Notes: generated from the letters alone by a model not told the origin. 64,000 nucleotides of DNA from Nitrosopumilus sp. (GCA_965206745.1 OZ242220.1:64001-128000), one strand, 5' to 3'; positions 8,345 to 17,856 are shown, counted from the stretch's first letter. Numbers and translations are program-made.

Positions 8345-9457
8345 TCAGTGATCTTCCAAAGAGTCTAGGATGTCATGAACGTTGTTAGGGCCTACCTGAA
8401 TTGTAATGACCTTCTTTGTCTCAAGTGCGGATTTGACTACCTTTGCCGAGAAGGGGGGGATCTTGCCGGTATGCATCGCAACTGATCTCTTCAATCCCTT
8501 GATGCCTCTCTCCAATCCAATCTCCCTTGCATCATCAAACAAGCTAGAGTCAACCCCGGCAAGTGGCAGCAGGGGAATCTTTCCCCTTTCAAACACTGCC
8601 TTTAACGAGTCATCGATGAAGTCTGAGGAATGAATCAATGGTGATAGTGCCAATGACACGCGATTACTGGAATACCGCAGCAATATCTCTGATATCGAGT
8701 TGACATAAATCAGATGGTTCTTCACTCCGCTCGGGCTTATCTTCAACTGTAGGAATTCAAGCTCGATGGAATCCTGCACCAGTCTTGGGATGATCTGGTT
8801 GATTATCTTTGCAAGATTCATCAGTTCTGATTTCTGCCTGTGGCAGACTATCACCTTTGTGTCATAGCCCTGCTTGATTGTCTCATAGCAGGCAACTGCA
8901 GAAATCTCGTCGTATACTGCACAGATGGTCTTCTGACTTTGTGACTGATATGGAATGCCGCCCCTTCCATCATCAGAGAAAATGCAGACATATGCGTTGT
9001 TTTTCGTAAGGTACGTGTATAGCAGCTTGTCAAAATTTTCATCTGTTCCCGGGCGGGCCCCCGACTTTGCCTTCTTTTCTATAATGCTTGATGTTGCGGC
9101 AATCTCCACGTCCTTTACAACAAAGCCCTTGGAAGTTCCCTCCACCCTTACTAGGAATCTCTCCCCCTTCAGGAGCAGGTTGCCCCCGATCGAGGTAATC
9201 ACAGAGACAATGTTCTCAAATCCGTTCCCTGTCTGCCTTGCAATGGCAATCCTTTCAATTCCAAAGAGCAGGTTGATGGCAGATGATGCAAAGACGGGAT
9301 CGTTTGCATCAACTAGTATTATCTCCCCGTCACGTTTGACGGATCTGAACTTTTGATTTTTTATCTTTAGAATCTTTTTGATGTTGGAGATCAGATGCGG
9401 AATCTTGTTCTTTGAAAATACAGTCGGAAAGACTACCACGTACGATATTTCATCCAT
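8345..9457 (-). CDS. THUMP-domain ThiI-like protein with degenerate catalytic domain
   Basis: ThiI-like order of segments (LLFGIE, FLVRV, G-GGIP) but no SGGxDS PP-loop; ATG 9457 preferred. Confidence 0.65.
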   Translation of the reverse strand: MDEISYVVVFPTVFSKNKIPHLISNIKKILKIKNQKFRSVKRDGEIILVDANDPVFASSAINLLFGIERIAIARQTGNGFENIVSVITSIGGNLLLKGERFLVRVEGTSKGFVVKDVEIAATSSIIEKKAKSGARPGTDENFDKLLYTYLTKNNAYVCIFSDDGRGGIPYQSQSQKTICAVYDEISAVACYETIKQGYDTKVIVCHRQKSELMNLAKIINQIIPRLVQDSIELEFLQLKISPSGVKNHLIYVNSISEILLRYSSNRVSLALSPLIHSSDFIDDSLKAVFERGKIPLLPLAGVDSSLFDDAREIGLERGIKGLKRSVAMHTGKIPPFSAKVVKSALETKKVITIQVGPNNVHDILDSLEDH

Positions 9458-9540
9458 ATCCTCTATTTTAAATTCCACCTGCTTATAATTCAGGACGGAT
9501 TCCGGGTAATCAATATAAAACAAATAGTCCAACTGGAGAC

Positions 9541-10254
9541 GTGACAAAATTCACCCAAGAGCAGGTAGATGGCCTGAACTCGGAGATTAGAACTGCCGAG
9601 CAGGCATTGGAGTGGGTCTCACGTAACCTTCATCCCAAGGTTGCAAAGGCATCAAGCTTTGGCGCCGAGGATGCTGTAGTAATGGATATTATGCTAAAGA
9701 TCAACCCCGAGTTTCGATTCTTCACACTTGATACGGGACGACTGCCACAGGAGACCTATGACATCATAGATGTAGTCAGCAAAAAGTATGGCATCTCAGT
9801 TGAGGCCCTGTTCCCTGACACAAAAGAGGTCCAAGACATGGTTCGTGATAAGGGAATGAACCTCTTCTATGAGAGCATCGAGAATAGAAAACTCTGCTGT
9901 CAGGTCCGCAAGGTACATCCCATGAACAAGATGTTGAGTACTCTGGATGGCTGGATCACTGGACTAAGGCGTGATCAGACCAAAAACCGTGAAAATGTCA
10001 CAATCTTTCAGCTGGATCACGGCCATGGCGGAATTTTGAAAATAAATCCAATTGTTGACTGGACTTGGGATCAGGTCCAGCAATACATCAAGCAAAACAA
10101 CCTGCCCTACAACAGTCTGCTTGACAAGGGCTATCCAAGCATAGGGTGCCAGCCATGCACCAGGGCAATCAAGCCCGGCGAGGACATTCGAGCTGGCAGA
10201 TGGTGGTGGGAACAGCAAGGCAACAAAGAGTGTGGCCTTCATATAGACCCGTGA
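9541..10254 (+). CDS. cysH: APS/PAPS reductase
   Basis: [40 protein letters not shown]. Confidence 0.95.
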   Translation: MTKFTQEQVDGLNSEIRTAEQALEWVSRNLHPKVAKASSFGAEDAVVMDIMLKINPEFRFFTLDTGRLPQETYDIIDVVSKKYGISVEALFPDTKEVQDMVRDKGMNLFYESIENRKLCCQVRKVHPMNKMLSTLDGWITGLRRDQTKNRENVTIFQLDHGHGGILKINPIVDWTWDQVQQYIKQNNLPYNSLLDKGYPSIGCQPCTRAIKPGEDIRAGRWWWEQQGNKECGLHIDP

Positions 10255-10267
10255 TGGAAGACTTGTC

Positions 10268-11407
10268 ATGTCAGATAACTCAATTAAGCCACATGGTGGA
10301 ATACTGGTAAACAGAATCATCAAGACTGATCCTGCGGGATTATTTTCAATTACAATTAGCGAGGATCTTGCAAATGACGTTGAGAACATTGCAGATGGAA
10401 TCTTTAGTCCCCTGGAGGGATTTTTAGGACGCGAGGACTTTGAAAGCGTCGTATCAAGTGGAAGACTGGCCAATGGCCTGGCCTGGACCATGCCAATCGT
10501 GCTTGATGTCGATGAGGAGACGGCATCAAAGATGAAGGAGGCAGGAGATGTCCTGATTAAGAATCCCGACGGGATAGGGGTCGCAGTACTGCATGTGGAT
10601 GAGACATTCACGTTTGAGAAGGACAAGACCATCCAGGGAGTCTATGGGACTAGTGACTCCTCGCATCCCGGCGTTGCAAAGACACTGTCCATGAAGGACT
10701 GGTTGGTCGGAGGAAAAATTGACTACATTCAAAGGCCGACTGACACCCAGATCAGAAAAAACAGGCTGACTCCAATTCAGACACGTGAATCTTTTGCAAA
10801 GGCAGGTTGGAAGACAATCTGTGCGTTTCAGACCAGGAATCCGCCACACGTGGCACACGAGATGCTGCAAAAGACGTCGATAACCACGCGTGATGGCGTG
10901 TTTGTCAATCCGATAATTGGAAAGAAGAAATCCGGCGACTTTGTAGATGAGGTCATTGTAAAGTGCTATGAGACCATGATAAAATCATACTATCCAGAAA
11001 ACAGGTGCCAGCTTGGGACGCTACATACTGAGATGAAATATGCGGGGCCAAAGGAGGCGATTCACCATGCAATTATGAGGCAGAACTATGGCTGCACCCA
11101 CATCATAATCGGGCGGGATCATGCAGGTGTCGGCAAGTTCTATGATCCGATGGCCGCACAAAAGATCTTCGATGACTATCCAGAGCTGGAGATTTCCCCA
11201 GTCTTCTTCCCGGCGTTCTTTTACTGTAAAAAATGCCTTACATACACAACCCCCAAGGCATGTCCACACGCCGATGATCTCAAAGAGCAGATCAGCGGAA
11301 CTGCACTGAGGGCGATGATTCAGGACGGCAAGGCCCCTTCTGAATTCATTCTAAGACCAGAGGTGGCACAGGTGATCTTGGATCATCCAAAGCCGTTTGT
11401 TGATTAG
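10268..11407 (+). CDS. sat: sulfate adenylyltransferase
   Basis: [30 protein letters not shown]. Confidence 0.96.
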   Translation: MSDNSIKPHGGILVNRIIKTDPAGLFSITISEDLANDVENIADGIFSPLEGFLGREDFESVVSSGRLANGLAWTMPIVLDVDEETASKMKEAGDVLIKNPDGIGVAVLHVDETFTFEKDKTIQGVYGTSDSSHPGVAKTLSMKDWLVGGKIDYIQRPTDTQIRKNRLTPIQTRESFAKAGWKTICAFQTRNPPHVAHEMLQKTSITTRDGVFVNPIIGKKKSGDFVDEVIVKCYETMIKSYYPENRCQLGTLHTEMKYAGPKEAIHHAIMRQNYGCTHIIIGRDHAGVGKFYDPMAAQKIFDDYPELEISPVFFPAFFYCKKCLTYTTPKACPHADDLKEQISGTALRAMIQDGKAPSEFILRPEVAQVILDHPKPFVD

Positions 11408-11437
11408 ACTTTTATTCAATCAGATCCGCCCTAGCTT

Positions 11438-12106
11438 GTGAAGTACCTCCTTGCGTTAATTCTACTTTCGGGAGTCCTTGCATCCCCTGCATTTGCGCAG
11501 GAGCAAAACAATCCGTCACTAATCATTGAGGCGCTGGAAATTCCCTCAGACGAGTTTAACATCGTACAGCGGGAGGCGCCGATCAGGGTCTTAGATGACG
11601 TGCACGCAGTCAGCTGGCAGGTGACCATTGACAACAACCTCATCTATACAAACTCAAGCGGCAGTGCGGTCCTGAGACTATACGATCAGGAGACACTAGA
11701 TGAATTCATCGAGGTTGGCATGGGGCCAAAGCCTGAGAACAAGTTCTGGGTTGCAGTGCAGACCCCAAAGGAGGGCTACATCGTCGTCCATAGGGATCTG
11801 GACCGGGGCTGGTATCCGGAGGCCAAGTCCATCATATCGTATACTGACAGGGCAGGACTGACTGTAAACAACGGGGCAAGAATTGTGGTGACCAATCTCG
11901 ATATTGGCAAGTTTGCAATTCACTCGTACTCTGTCCATGGAATGGAGGGTTCCACTGATCCTCCAGCAACGAGTTCTGGCAGCATGATCATAGAGTTTCT
12001 GTCCGGCGATCCCGCAAAGAACGTGTTTGCATTGTTTCCATTTTATGTCGCAGCAGGCATGGGAGTCATAGTCGGGGTGCTGTTTCTGACTAAGAGGCGT
12101 TCCTAG
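11438..12106 (+). CDS. exported, membrane-anchored hypothetical protein
   Basis: Signal peptide (AFA) and C-terminal TM helix with basic tail. Confidence 0.75.
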   Translation: MKYLLALILLSGVLASPAFAQEQNNPSLIIEALEIPSDEFNIVQREAPIRVLDDVHAVSWQVTIDNNLIYTNSSGSAVLRLYDQETLDEFIEVGMGPKPENKFWVAVQTPKEGYIVVHRDLDRGWYPEAKSIISYTDRAGLTVNNGARIVVTNLDIGKFAIHSYSVHGMEGSTDPPATSSGSMIIEFLSGDPAKNVFALFPFYVAAGMGVIVGVLFLTKRRS

Positions 12107-12746
12107 ATTTATAAAATTTGCAGTTCTTCTTTATCTGGCACACGTCACACATCGGCGAGACTGGCTTGCAGATGTTCTGGCCATACATTACAAACGTATC
12201 GTTGATCTCAATCCAGTACTTTTTCTCGATCTTTCTCATCAGCTCCTGCTCGGTCTCCTCTGGGTCCTTTGTCTGAACCAGGCCTAGCCTGTTTGAGATT
12301 CTGTGAACGTGAATGTCGACAGGGATTGCCGGCTTTTCAAATGCGTACACCAGAACGCAGTTTGCAGTCTTTCTTCCGACTCCGGGCAGCTGTATCAGGG
12401 TGTCTAGATCATCTGGAACCTTGCCTTTGTATCTCTTGTCAATAATCTTTGCAACCTCTATGATTCTCTTGGACTTTACGTGAAAAAAGCCGATTGACTT
12501 GATTATCTTCTCCACGTCCCTCACCTTTGCGCCGGCTAGCTGTCTGGGGTTCTTGTACCTTGAGAACAGTTCCTTGACTGCCTTGGTTGTTGCCTCATCC
12601 TTGGTTCTTGCAGACAGTATCGTTCCAATTAATATGCTGAACGGACCGGTCTCTGCATCGTGAAGATCCCTTAATGCCGTTATTCTTGGAGGCTTTACTG
12701 CGTTCATCGTCTTTGTCATTCCTGAAAGAATCCTCTTCATTTCCAA
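12090..12746 (-). CDS. nth: endonuclease III
   Basis: HhH LPGVGRKTAN, VDIH, and C-x6-C-x2-C-x5-C Fe-S motif. Confidence 0.95.
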   Translation of the reverse strand: MEMKRILSGMTKTMNAVKPPRITALRDLHDAETGPFSILIGTILSARTKDEATTKAVKELFSRYKNPRQLAGAKVRDVEKIIKSIGFFHVKSKRIIEVAKIIDKRYKGKVPDDLDTLIQLPGVGRKTANCVLVYAFEKPAIPVDIHVHRISNRLGLVQTKDPEETEQELMRKIEKKYWIEINDTFVMYGQNICKPVSPMCDVCQIKKNCKFYKSRNAS

Positions 12747-12858
12747 CTAAAGACTGCCTACAAGTATTATAACTGTAAACAAAAATTTGCTCTGCAAGTG
12801 GTGTTTTCACTCAACTTTACAGAGCACAAAAAGACATCCATTTAATCTTGTCACATTT

Positions 12859-14373
12859 TCAAATTAATAACAAGAATAATGAAGTTGGAATAATCACATA
12901 TTCTGATTTTATATCAAATAGTGTTTTTGAAAGTACCAAGCCTTTCTCATTATCTGTTTTACTAAGGAAATTCACCATAGGAGCTAATTCTTTGAGATCG
13001 AGTCTATTCCTGTATTTTACTTCAATGGGTACTTCTATAGAATCTCCATCGTATAGAATAAAGTCAACCTCTCTGTTCTTATCATCTTTCCAATAAAATA
13101 CATGATTATAGTAGTCATAGGTCTGCTTCTTTTTGCTCATTGAAAATGCCCATCTAATAAGATGGTCTGCTACAATTCCTTCTACAACTCTGCTTTGATT
13201 CATTTCATCTTCCAAATATTTGATGCTAGTATCAAAATTCTCATTTGGACTCATCAACCTATTAAAAATATGTAAAAAGAATGGATCATGAAAATAGAAT
13301 TTTCTATCCTTTTGAATCATGGGTATTTTTTTCTGATCACCATAATGATGAATAATTGATAAAACAAAGAGATCATGTAAAGAGTATGCATAATCTTGTG
13401 CTGTATTTGGACTTCCTAATGCAGATTCTTTAGAAAGACTAGTCCATGAACTATGATTTGTCAAGCTTTTGATAACAGCGCCGCTAAATTGTTTTAACAA
13501 TGTTTCATTTTTACCTAATTCACTCCATTGACCTATAATACTTTCCAAATAATTTGTATAGATACTTTCATGAATTGTATTTGTTTTAACTAATTCATTT
13601 ATTATTTTTGGAATTCCACCAGTTAACATATAATCGCTTAACAAATCATTAATCTCATTTTGATATGCATTTAATTTTTCTATCCTATGATCAACCTCTC
13701 CAGTAAGTAATTTTTTAAAAATTTCTTCTCTGTTTCTAAACGAAAGTAATTTATTTTCGTTAATCAATTCTCTAATATCATTATTTAACAGTGATGCATA
13801 TTCTGCAAATTTCATAGGAAGTAAAATTTTATCATAACTATCATTGATTGTGCCTTTACGTCCAGGTAATCTTTCAGTAGCATTTCTAAGATTGATAGCT
13901 TGTGAACCTGTAGCCATTATAGTACAATTTTTTAATTTATCACTATCAACTAACCACTTGATACCTTTTTGCCAATCTGTTACCGATGATGCTTCATCTA
14001 AAAATAAATAGGATCGTCTATTGCCTCTTGCTCTGCGACTTATTTTTAAATATATTTCTACTAAATCTACAACATCTTGTTTAGTATCTGCTAAATCAAG
14101 AGAATAGTATAAGATATTCCACGGGTGTACTCCTTTAGATAAAAAATCCCTAATCTGTAATTTGACAAGGGTTGTTTTACCTACTTGTCTGGGCCCCCTT
14201 AGAGTGTAAACTACAGTGTTTTCTGGGTCAAAATCATATCTAATCACATGCCTAAGTCTTGGATCGTATTTTCTTTCAGATTCTTCCCATTCTTTGATTT
14301 TTTTATCATCTTGAATATTTTCTGGATCTCTCCACCATGGGTTCAAATTACGTACGTCAGTTTCTTTGATCAC
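12859..14373 (-). CDS. AAA+ ATPase with C-terminal PD-(D/E)xK-like domain (AAA_14 + DUF4143 architecture)
   Basis: NPWW, GPRQVGKT, FLDEA, TGS, GGIP, KFYFHDP, EVDF...PIEVK; GTG 14373 lies 27 nt from the TATA centre (alternative GTG 14385); AT-rich. Confidence 0.88.
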   Translation of the reverse strand: MIKETDVRNLNPWWRDPENIQDDKKIKEWEESERKYDPRLRHVIRYDFDPENTVVYTLRGPRQVGKTTLVKLQIRDFLSKGVHPWNILYYSLDLADTKQDVVDLVEIYLKISRRARGNRRSYLFLDEASSVTDWQKGIKWLVDSDKLKNCTIMATGSQAINLRNATERLPGRKGTINDSYDKILLPMKFAEYASLLNNDIRELINENKLLSFRNREEIFKKLLTGEVDHRIEKLNAYQNEINDLLSDYMLTGGIPKIINELVKTNTIHESIYTNYLESIIGQWSELGKNETLLKQFSGAVIKSLTNHSSWTSLSKESALGSPNTAQDYAYSLHDLFVLSIIHHYGDQKKIPMIQKDRKFYFHDPFFLHIFNRLMSPNENFDTSIKYLEDEMNQSRVVEGIVADHLIRWAFSMSKKKQTYDYYNHVFYWKDDKNREVDFILYDGDSIEVPIEVKYRNRLDLKELAPMVNFLSKTDNEKGLVLSKTLFDIKSEYVIIPTSLFLLLI

Positions 14374-14380
14374 GTTTATT

Positions 14381-14558
14381 ACCACTGAACGGTTCTATAT
14401 ATAACAGAAAACAAACCACTGAACGGTTCTATATATAACAGAAAACAAACCACTGAACGGTTCTATATATAACAGAAAACAAACCACTGAACGGTTCTAT
14501 ATATAACAGAAAACAAACCACTGAACGGTTCTATATATAACAGAAAACAAACCACTGA
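14381..14558. repeat. perfect tandem repeat, 5 x 34 bp plus 8 bp, each unit carrying a TATA box
   Basis: Unit ACCACTGAACGGTTCTATATATAACAGAAAACAA starts at 14381, 14415, 14449, 14483, 14517; partial copy at 14551; no spacers. Confidence 0.97.
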
Positions 14559-14569
14559 TGGCATTGTCA

Positions 14570-14703
14570 AGTCTTCGGGATTTAGGCATCAAATACGGAT
14601 CTTTTATTCCGATTCAAAAATCCCCATCTAAACCTCGATACATCCAACCAAACAGTTCTGCAGTTACAGAACCGGGAGATCACCATTTCTGAGCAGAGCC
14701 CAG
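14570..14703 (+). repeat. dispersed repeat family A, copy
   Basis: ATACGGATCTTTTATTCCGATTCAAAAATCCCC and AGATCACCATTTCTGAGCAGAGCCCAG resemble 51519-51598, 18410-18436 and inverted 17873-17905 and 44931-44964. Confidence 0.65.
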
Positions 14704-14872
14704 GTTCGCAAAAGTGAATCCATGAAAAGAATGTTCAACTTTATGACCTGCATCCTGACATGGAGGACACACGGGAAAAGCATCGTAGATGAGGTTACGG
14801 CGAGGATTTAGTAGGTGACCTCATACCAATTCAACAAATTAAGATACTTATCCTAGTATAGCAAAAATAACT

Positions 14873-15055
14873 ATGACTATGGCAGATATCAAACATGCAG
14901 CAAAAGATATAGAACTTTCAGGTATTCCAGAACTTTTCGGCGAACCTGCTAAAGCATTTGATGAATATGATAAACGTGCATTAACCAAAAAAGAAAAAGT
15001 GCTTTTAAAAGACGCTGATGATTTTTATCAGATTCAATATGCCAAAAATAAATAA
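14873..15055 (+). CDS. small protein, possible orphan antitoxin
   Basis: 60 aa; PELFGEPAKAF resembles short antitoxins found upstream of GNAT toxins (weak). Confidence 0.4.
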   Translation: MTMADIKHAAKDIELSGIPELFGEPAKAFDEYDKRALTKKEKVLLKDADDFYQIQYAKNK

Positions 15056-15374
15056 ACAATACATTTTGACTATAAATCCTACAGATATGCTAACTCCTTC
15101 TCTTCTTTTAATTTTTAGAAAAATAATATATCTTGAACAGCTTGTTTGGTCAAGCCTACTTTTATTTTTCATAATAATTAATGCTGAAACATGGTTTTTG
15201 AATCAAAAATATAATGGACTTGATGCACTTTTGATTCAAGTACCATTTTCTGTGTTTGGCATAATTGGTGCAGTATGGTTTCGAAAACAAGCAAAAGCAT
15301 ACCCTCTTGTGATAGTTTGGCATGTCATATTCCTGGTAATAGTGATTGGAAATCGACCTTGGCTGTGGCCATGA
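15018..15374 (+). CDS. small membrane protein, possibly chimeric or remnant
   Basis: Three hydrophobic segments; its stop codon lies inside the 51-bp repeat. Confidence 0.4.
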   Translation: MIFIRFNMPKINKQYILTINPTDMLTPSLLLIFRKIIYLEQLVWSSLLLFFIIINAETWFLNQKYNGLDALLIQVPFSVFGIIGAVWFRKQAKAYPLVIVWHVIFLVIVIGNRPWLWP

Positions 15375-15410
15375 TCATAATTCCAGAGCCCATCATTTTG
15401 AGATGTATTT
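15360..15410 (+). repeat. 51-bp direct repeat, copy 1
   Basis: TGGCTGTGGCCATGATCATAATTCCAGAGCCCATCATTTTGAGATGTATTT, identical at 17685-17735. Confidence 0.95.
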
Positions 15411-15421
15411 CTGCATGCACT

Positions 15422-15555
15422 GTTAAGTGATGTTTTTACTCACCTGTACAATAGGTGATATTTTCAACTTACCTCCATGTACATTCTAGTCATCCTACAT
15501 ATGGAGAATGCTGAAATCACTCTAACTTTACAGACGAGTGAAACCCCCACTCAAC
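15422..15555. mobile_element. MITE-like element (repeat family B) with imperfect 20-bp terminal inverted repeats
   Basis: GTTAAGTGATGTTTTTACTC ... GAGTGAAACCCCCACTCAAC (15/20 complementary); body homologous to 51741-51836 and 17903-17973. Confidence 0.55.
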
Positions 15556-15629
15556 TAAACAATGCACGCACAAATTACAGTTGTAAATTGTACACAACGC
15601 CTTTTAATCTCCACTGTGTGGTATTATCA

Positions 15630-16205
15630 ATGACTGAAAACAACGCAAAAATGATACTTTTTGCATCTCTGATTACTGCAATGATTCTGCCATTTAGTGG
15701 CATGAGTGCTGCGCAAGCTGCTGATGCAGTTGATGATGAGTCGTTAATTGCACAATATGACAGAATATTTAGCAGTGACAATAACCTATCAGATCAGAAA
15801 AAAATCCAAGTCATAACTTCAATGCAAAATGGAGTTGAAATACAACTCAGCACGCCGCAAGACCAAGACAAGGTAGCATATGAAGTACTAGAAATACTTG
15901 AACAGATTGATAATTCCAAATCAGTTGATGAAAGGATGAAACTTCAAGAAAAACTTGATGGAAAAACAGAGATTATGCTGCAAGTCGGCCTAGTTCTAGC
16001 TACAGAATATGAAAAAGATCCTGACAAATGGGATAAAGAGTTAGACAGAACCGCAAACTCCAAACAGCGAACAAAGATCGTAGAAGAGAGAGACTCCAAA
16101 GTAGGGCCGGCTACATATGGTGGGGATTCTATAGATATCATTTTTGTATCAACTGATCCGCTCAAAGCTTCCACTTTATGGCATGATCTTTTTTTAGACA
16201 GATAA
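15630..16205 (+). pseudogene. secreted protein with an ILFASLI..MILPFSGM signal peptide, probably truncated
   Basis: ATG 15630 after TTTTAAT; signal peptide of a type common in Nitrosopumilus exported proteins; ORF ends abruptly and coding-like fragments continue to ~16440. Confidence 0.55.
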
Positions 16206-16560
16206 CTCGCTGATTTTCCCATCCGTGTGTGAGATCATGCATGGAGACGATAAGGATCCCAGAAAATATGGACGTAAAGTTTCCAGGGAATGACACTATA
16301 TCTGACTCGACAAAGACGAAGTTTGTCTTTACAAATCTAATGCTCATGGTGGAATCATTACAACAATCAGAGATGCAAACAGTATTGTTTTTGTTGTTTG
16401 TATGTTTTTCATATTATTGTCATATCTATCATCATAGTGTTATTTAGCGACATCCATCTCCTTACGGCATATGCTTCTTAGGCATGAAGACTGCAAATAT
16501 TCTAGAATCTTCAGTCAATGAAGGTTAAATTGTAAAACCTCGTCTACTTGCTTAAAACCA

Positions 16561-16665
16561 TTGTGTACAAATTACAGTTGTAAATTGTACACAACGCCTT
16601 TTAATCTCCACTGTGTGGTATTGTCAATGGCAAAAAATAACACAAAAACAATGGCGGTATTGTTC
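16561..16665 (+). promoter_or_regulatory. duplicated promoter and first codons of the 15630 gene, with a 34-bp palindromic operator
   Basis: 16567-16622 identical to 15570-15625; palindrome TTGTGTACAAATTACA-GT-TGTAAATTGTACACAA at 16561-16594. Confidence 0.8.
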
Positions 16666-16700
16666 ATAGACTTGCCCCAAAAAATGACACGAGGATTATC

Positions 16701-16928
16701 ATGTCTGATATAGTAGAATCAAAAAAGACACTAAGTTCCATGTGGTACTTGATGCCGTTTTTCTTGGGAGTCATTGGAGGCTTGATTGTATGGATAACCA
16801 AAAAGGATCAAGATCCTGCAAAGGCCAAGAGAATACTGGTGTTGGGAATAGCGCTATCAGCAGTACATGTTGCAATCTCTGCATATTCACAAATAGTGCT
16901 TCATGATGTTCTGATGAATATACCATGA
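16701..16928 (+). CDS. small two-TM membrane protein (WYLMP..G.IGGLI family), paralog 1
   Basis: 75 aa; nucleotide-level paralog of the 17086 gene. Confidence 0.7.
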   Translation: MSDIVESKKTLSSMWYLMPFFLGVIGGLIVWITKKDQDPAKAKRILVLGIALSAVHVAISAYSQIVLHDVLMNIP

Positions 16929-17085
16929 GGTTAGATTAGATATGCAGTGTACAGCAACCATACACGCCAGCTCAAACAGATCGTGTGTTTACAAATTCCC
17001 AAGGTTATGTCATATACTATAGTGATGATAACATGCCCATAGACTTGCCCCAAAAAATTACGAAAGGATTATCATATCTGATATA

Positions 17086-17586
17086 GTGGAACCAAAAAAG
17101 ACACCAAGTCCTATGTGGTATATGATGCCGCTTTTATTTGGAATCATTGGAGGCCTGATTGTATGGGTGGCCAAAAAGAATGACGATCCTACAAGGGCCA
17201 AGAGAATACTGATGTTGGGAATAGTGATATCACTATTATATTTGACAGTACTTGTACATTCACAAATACAAGCTTTTGATCGTGAGATGAGGACGCCACT
17301 GTTCTTACGAGATGCAAACTATACAATACATTGTGACAGGCATTTTTTCCAAAGCCCTACCAACTGCATGATACAAGATCAACACGGTGTACCAATAACT
17401 GAAGATGCAGTAAATCGTATGTCTACATATTGTTTGTATTATAATGGCGATGGGTATCTACCTTGTGATACAGGCGGCAATGATTATCGAGCACTTTTGT
17501 TTTTTCCACTAGTTTTCATCCAGATAATAATCGGGATAGTCATGACAATACTCTGGGGATTCAGTCGGATAAATATAAAACTCTGA
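17086..17586 (+). CDS. membrane protein paralog 2, with an extra Cys-containing loop and third TM
   Basis: N-half and upstream region duplicate the 16701 gene; ATG changed to ATA so GTG is used; four Cys in the unique part. Confidence 0.7.
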   Translation: MEPKKTPSPMWYMMPLLFGIIGGLIVWVAKKNDDPTRAKRILMLGIVISLLYLTVLVHSQIQAFDREMRTPLFLRDANYTIHCDRHFFQSPTNCMIQDQHGVPITEDAVNRMSTYCLYYNGDGYLPCDTGGNDYRALLFFPLVFIQIIIGIVMTILWGFSRINIKL

Positions 17587-17684
17587 CAAAAATTGCACAA
17601 AGGTAATAATCGTGGCAATACTCTGGGCACTCGGTCAGATAGCAAAAGAACAGTCTTAAAAACAAAGAGAATGAGAATTTAGAA

Positions 17685-17735
17685 TGGCTGTGGCCATGAT
17701 CATAATTCCAGAGCCCATCATTTTGAGATGTATTT
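17685..17735 (+). repeat. 51-bp direct repeat, copy 2
   Basis: Identical to 15360-15410. Confidence 0.95.
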
Positions 17736-17856
17736 TTGTAATTGTAAAACTACATGACGGCACCAAACACAGGACAAGTTGACATTCAAATGAAAATTTC
17801 AGGTTGAAGGGGAATTTTTCAATTCGAAAGAGCCGTATTTGGGGTTTTATGTGCCC

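Noticed and set aside
14381-14558. CRISPR array
   Set aside because: The 34-bp units are contiguous and identical with no unique spacers, and there are no cas genes in the window
15422-15555. Integron attC site (ends read GTTAAGT and ACTCAAC, fitting GTTRRRY and RYYYAAC)
   Set aside because: The order is the reverse of attC (RYYYAAC first, GTTRRRY last), copies do not regularly follow ORFs, and no integron integrase is present
15477-15629. N-terminal 51 aa of the 242-aa ORF
   Set aside because: This stretch is the family-B element and promoter; the signal peptide begins at ATG 15630
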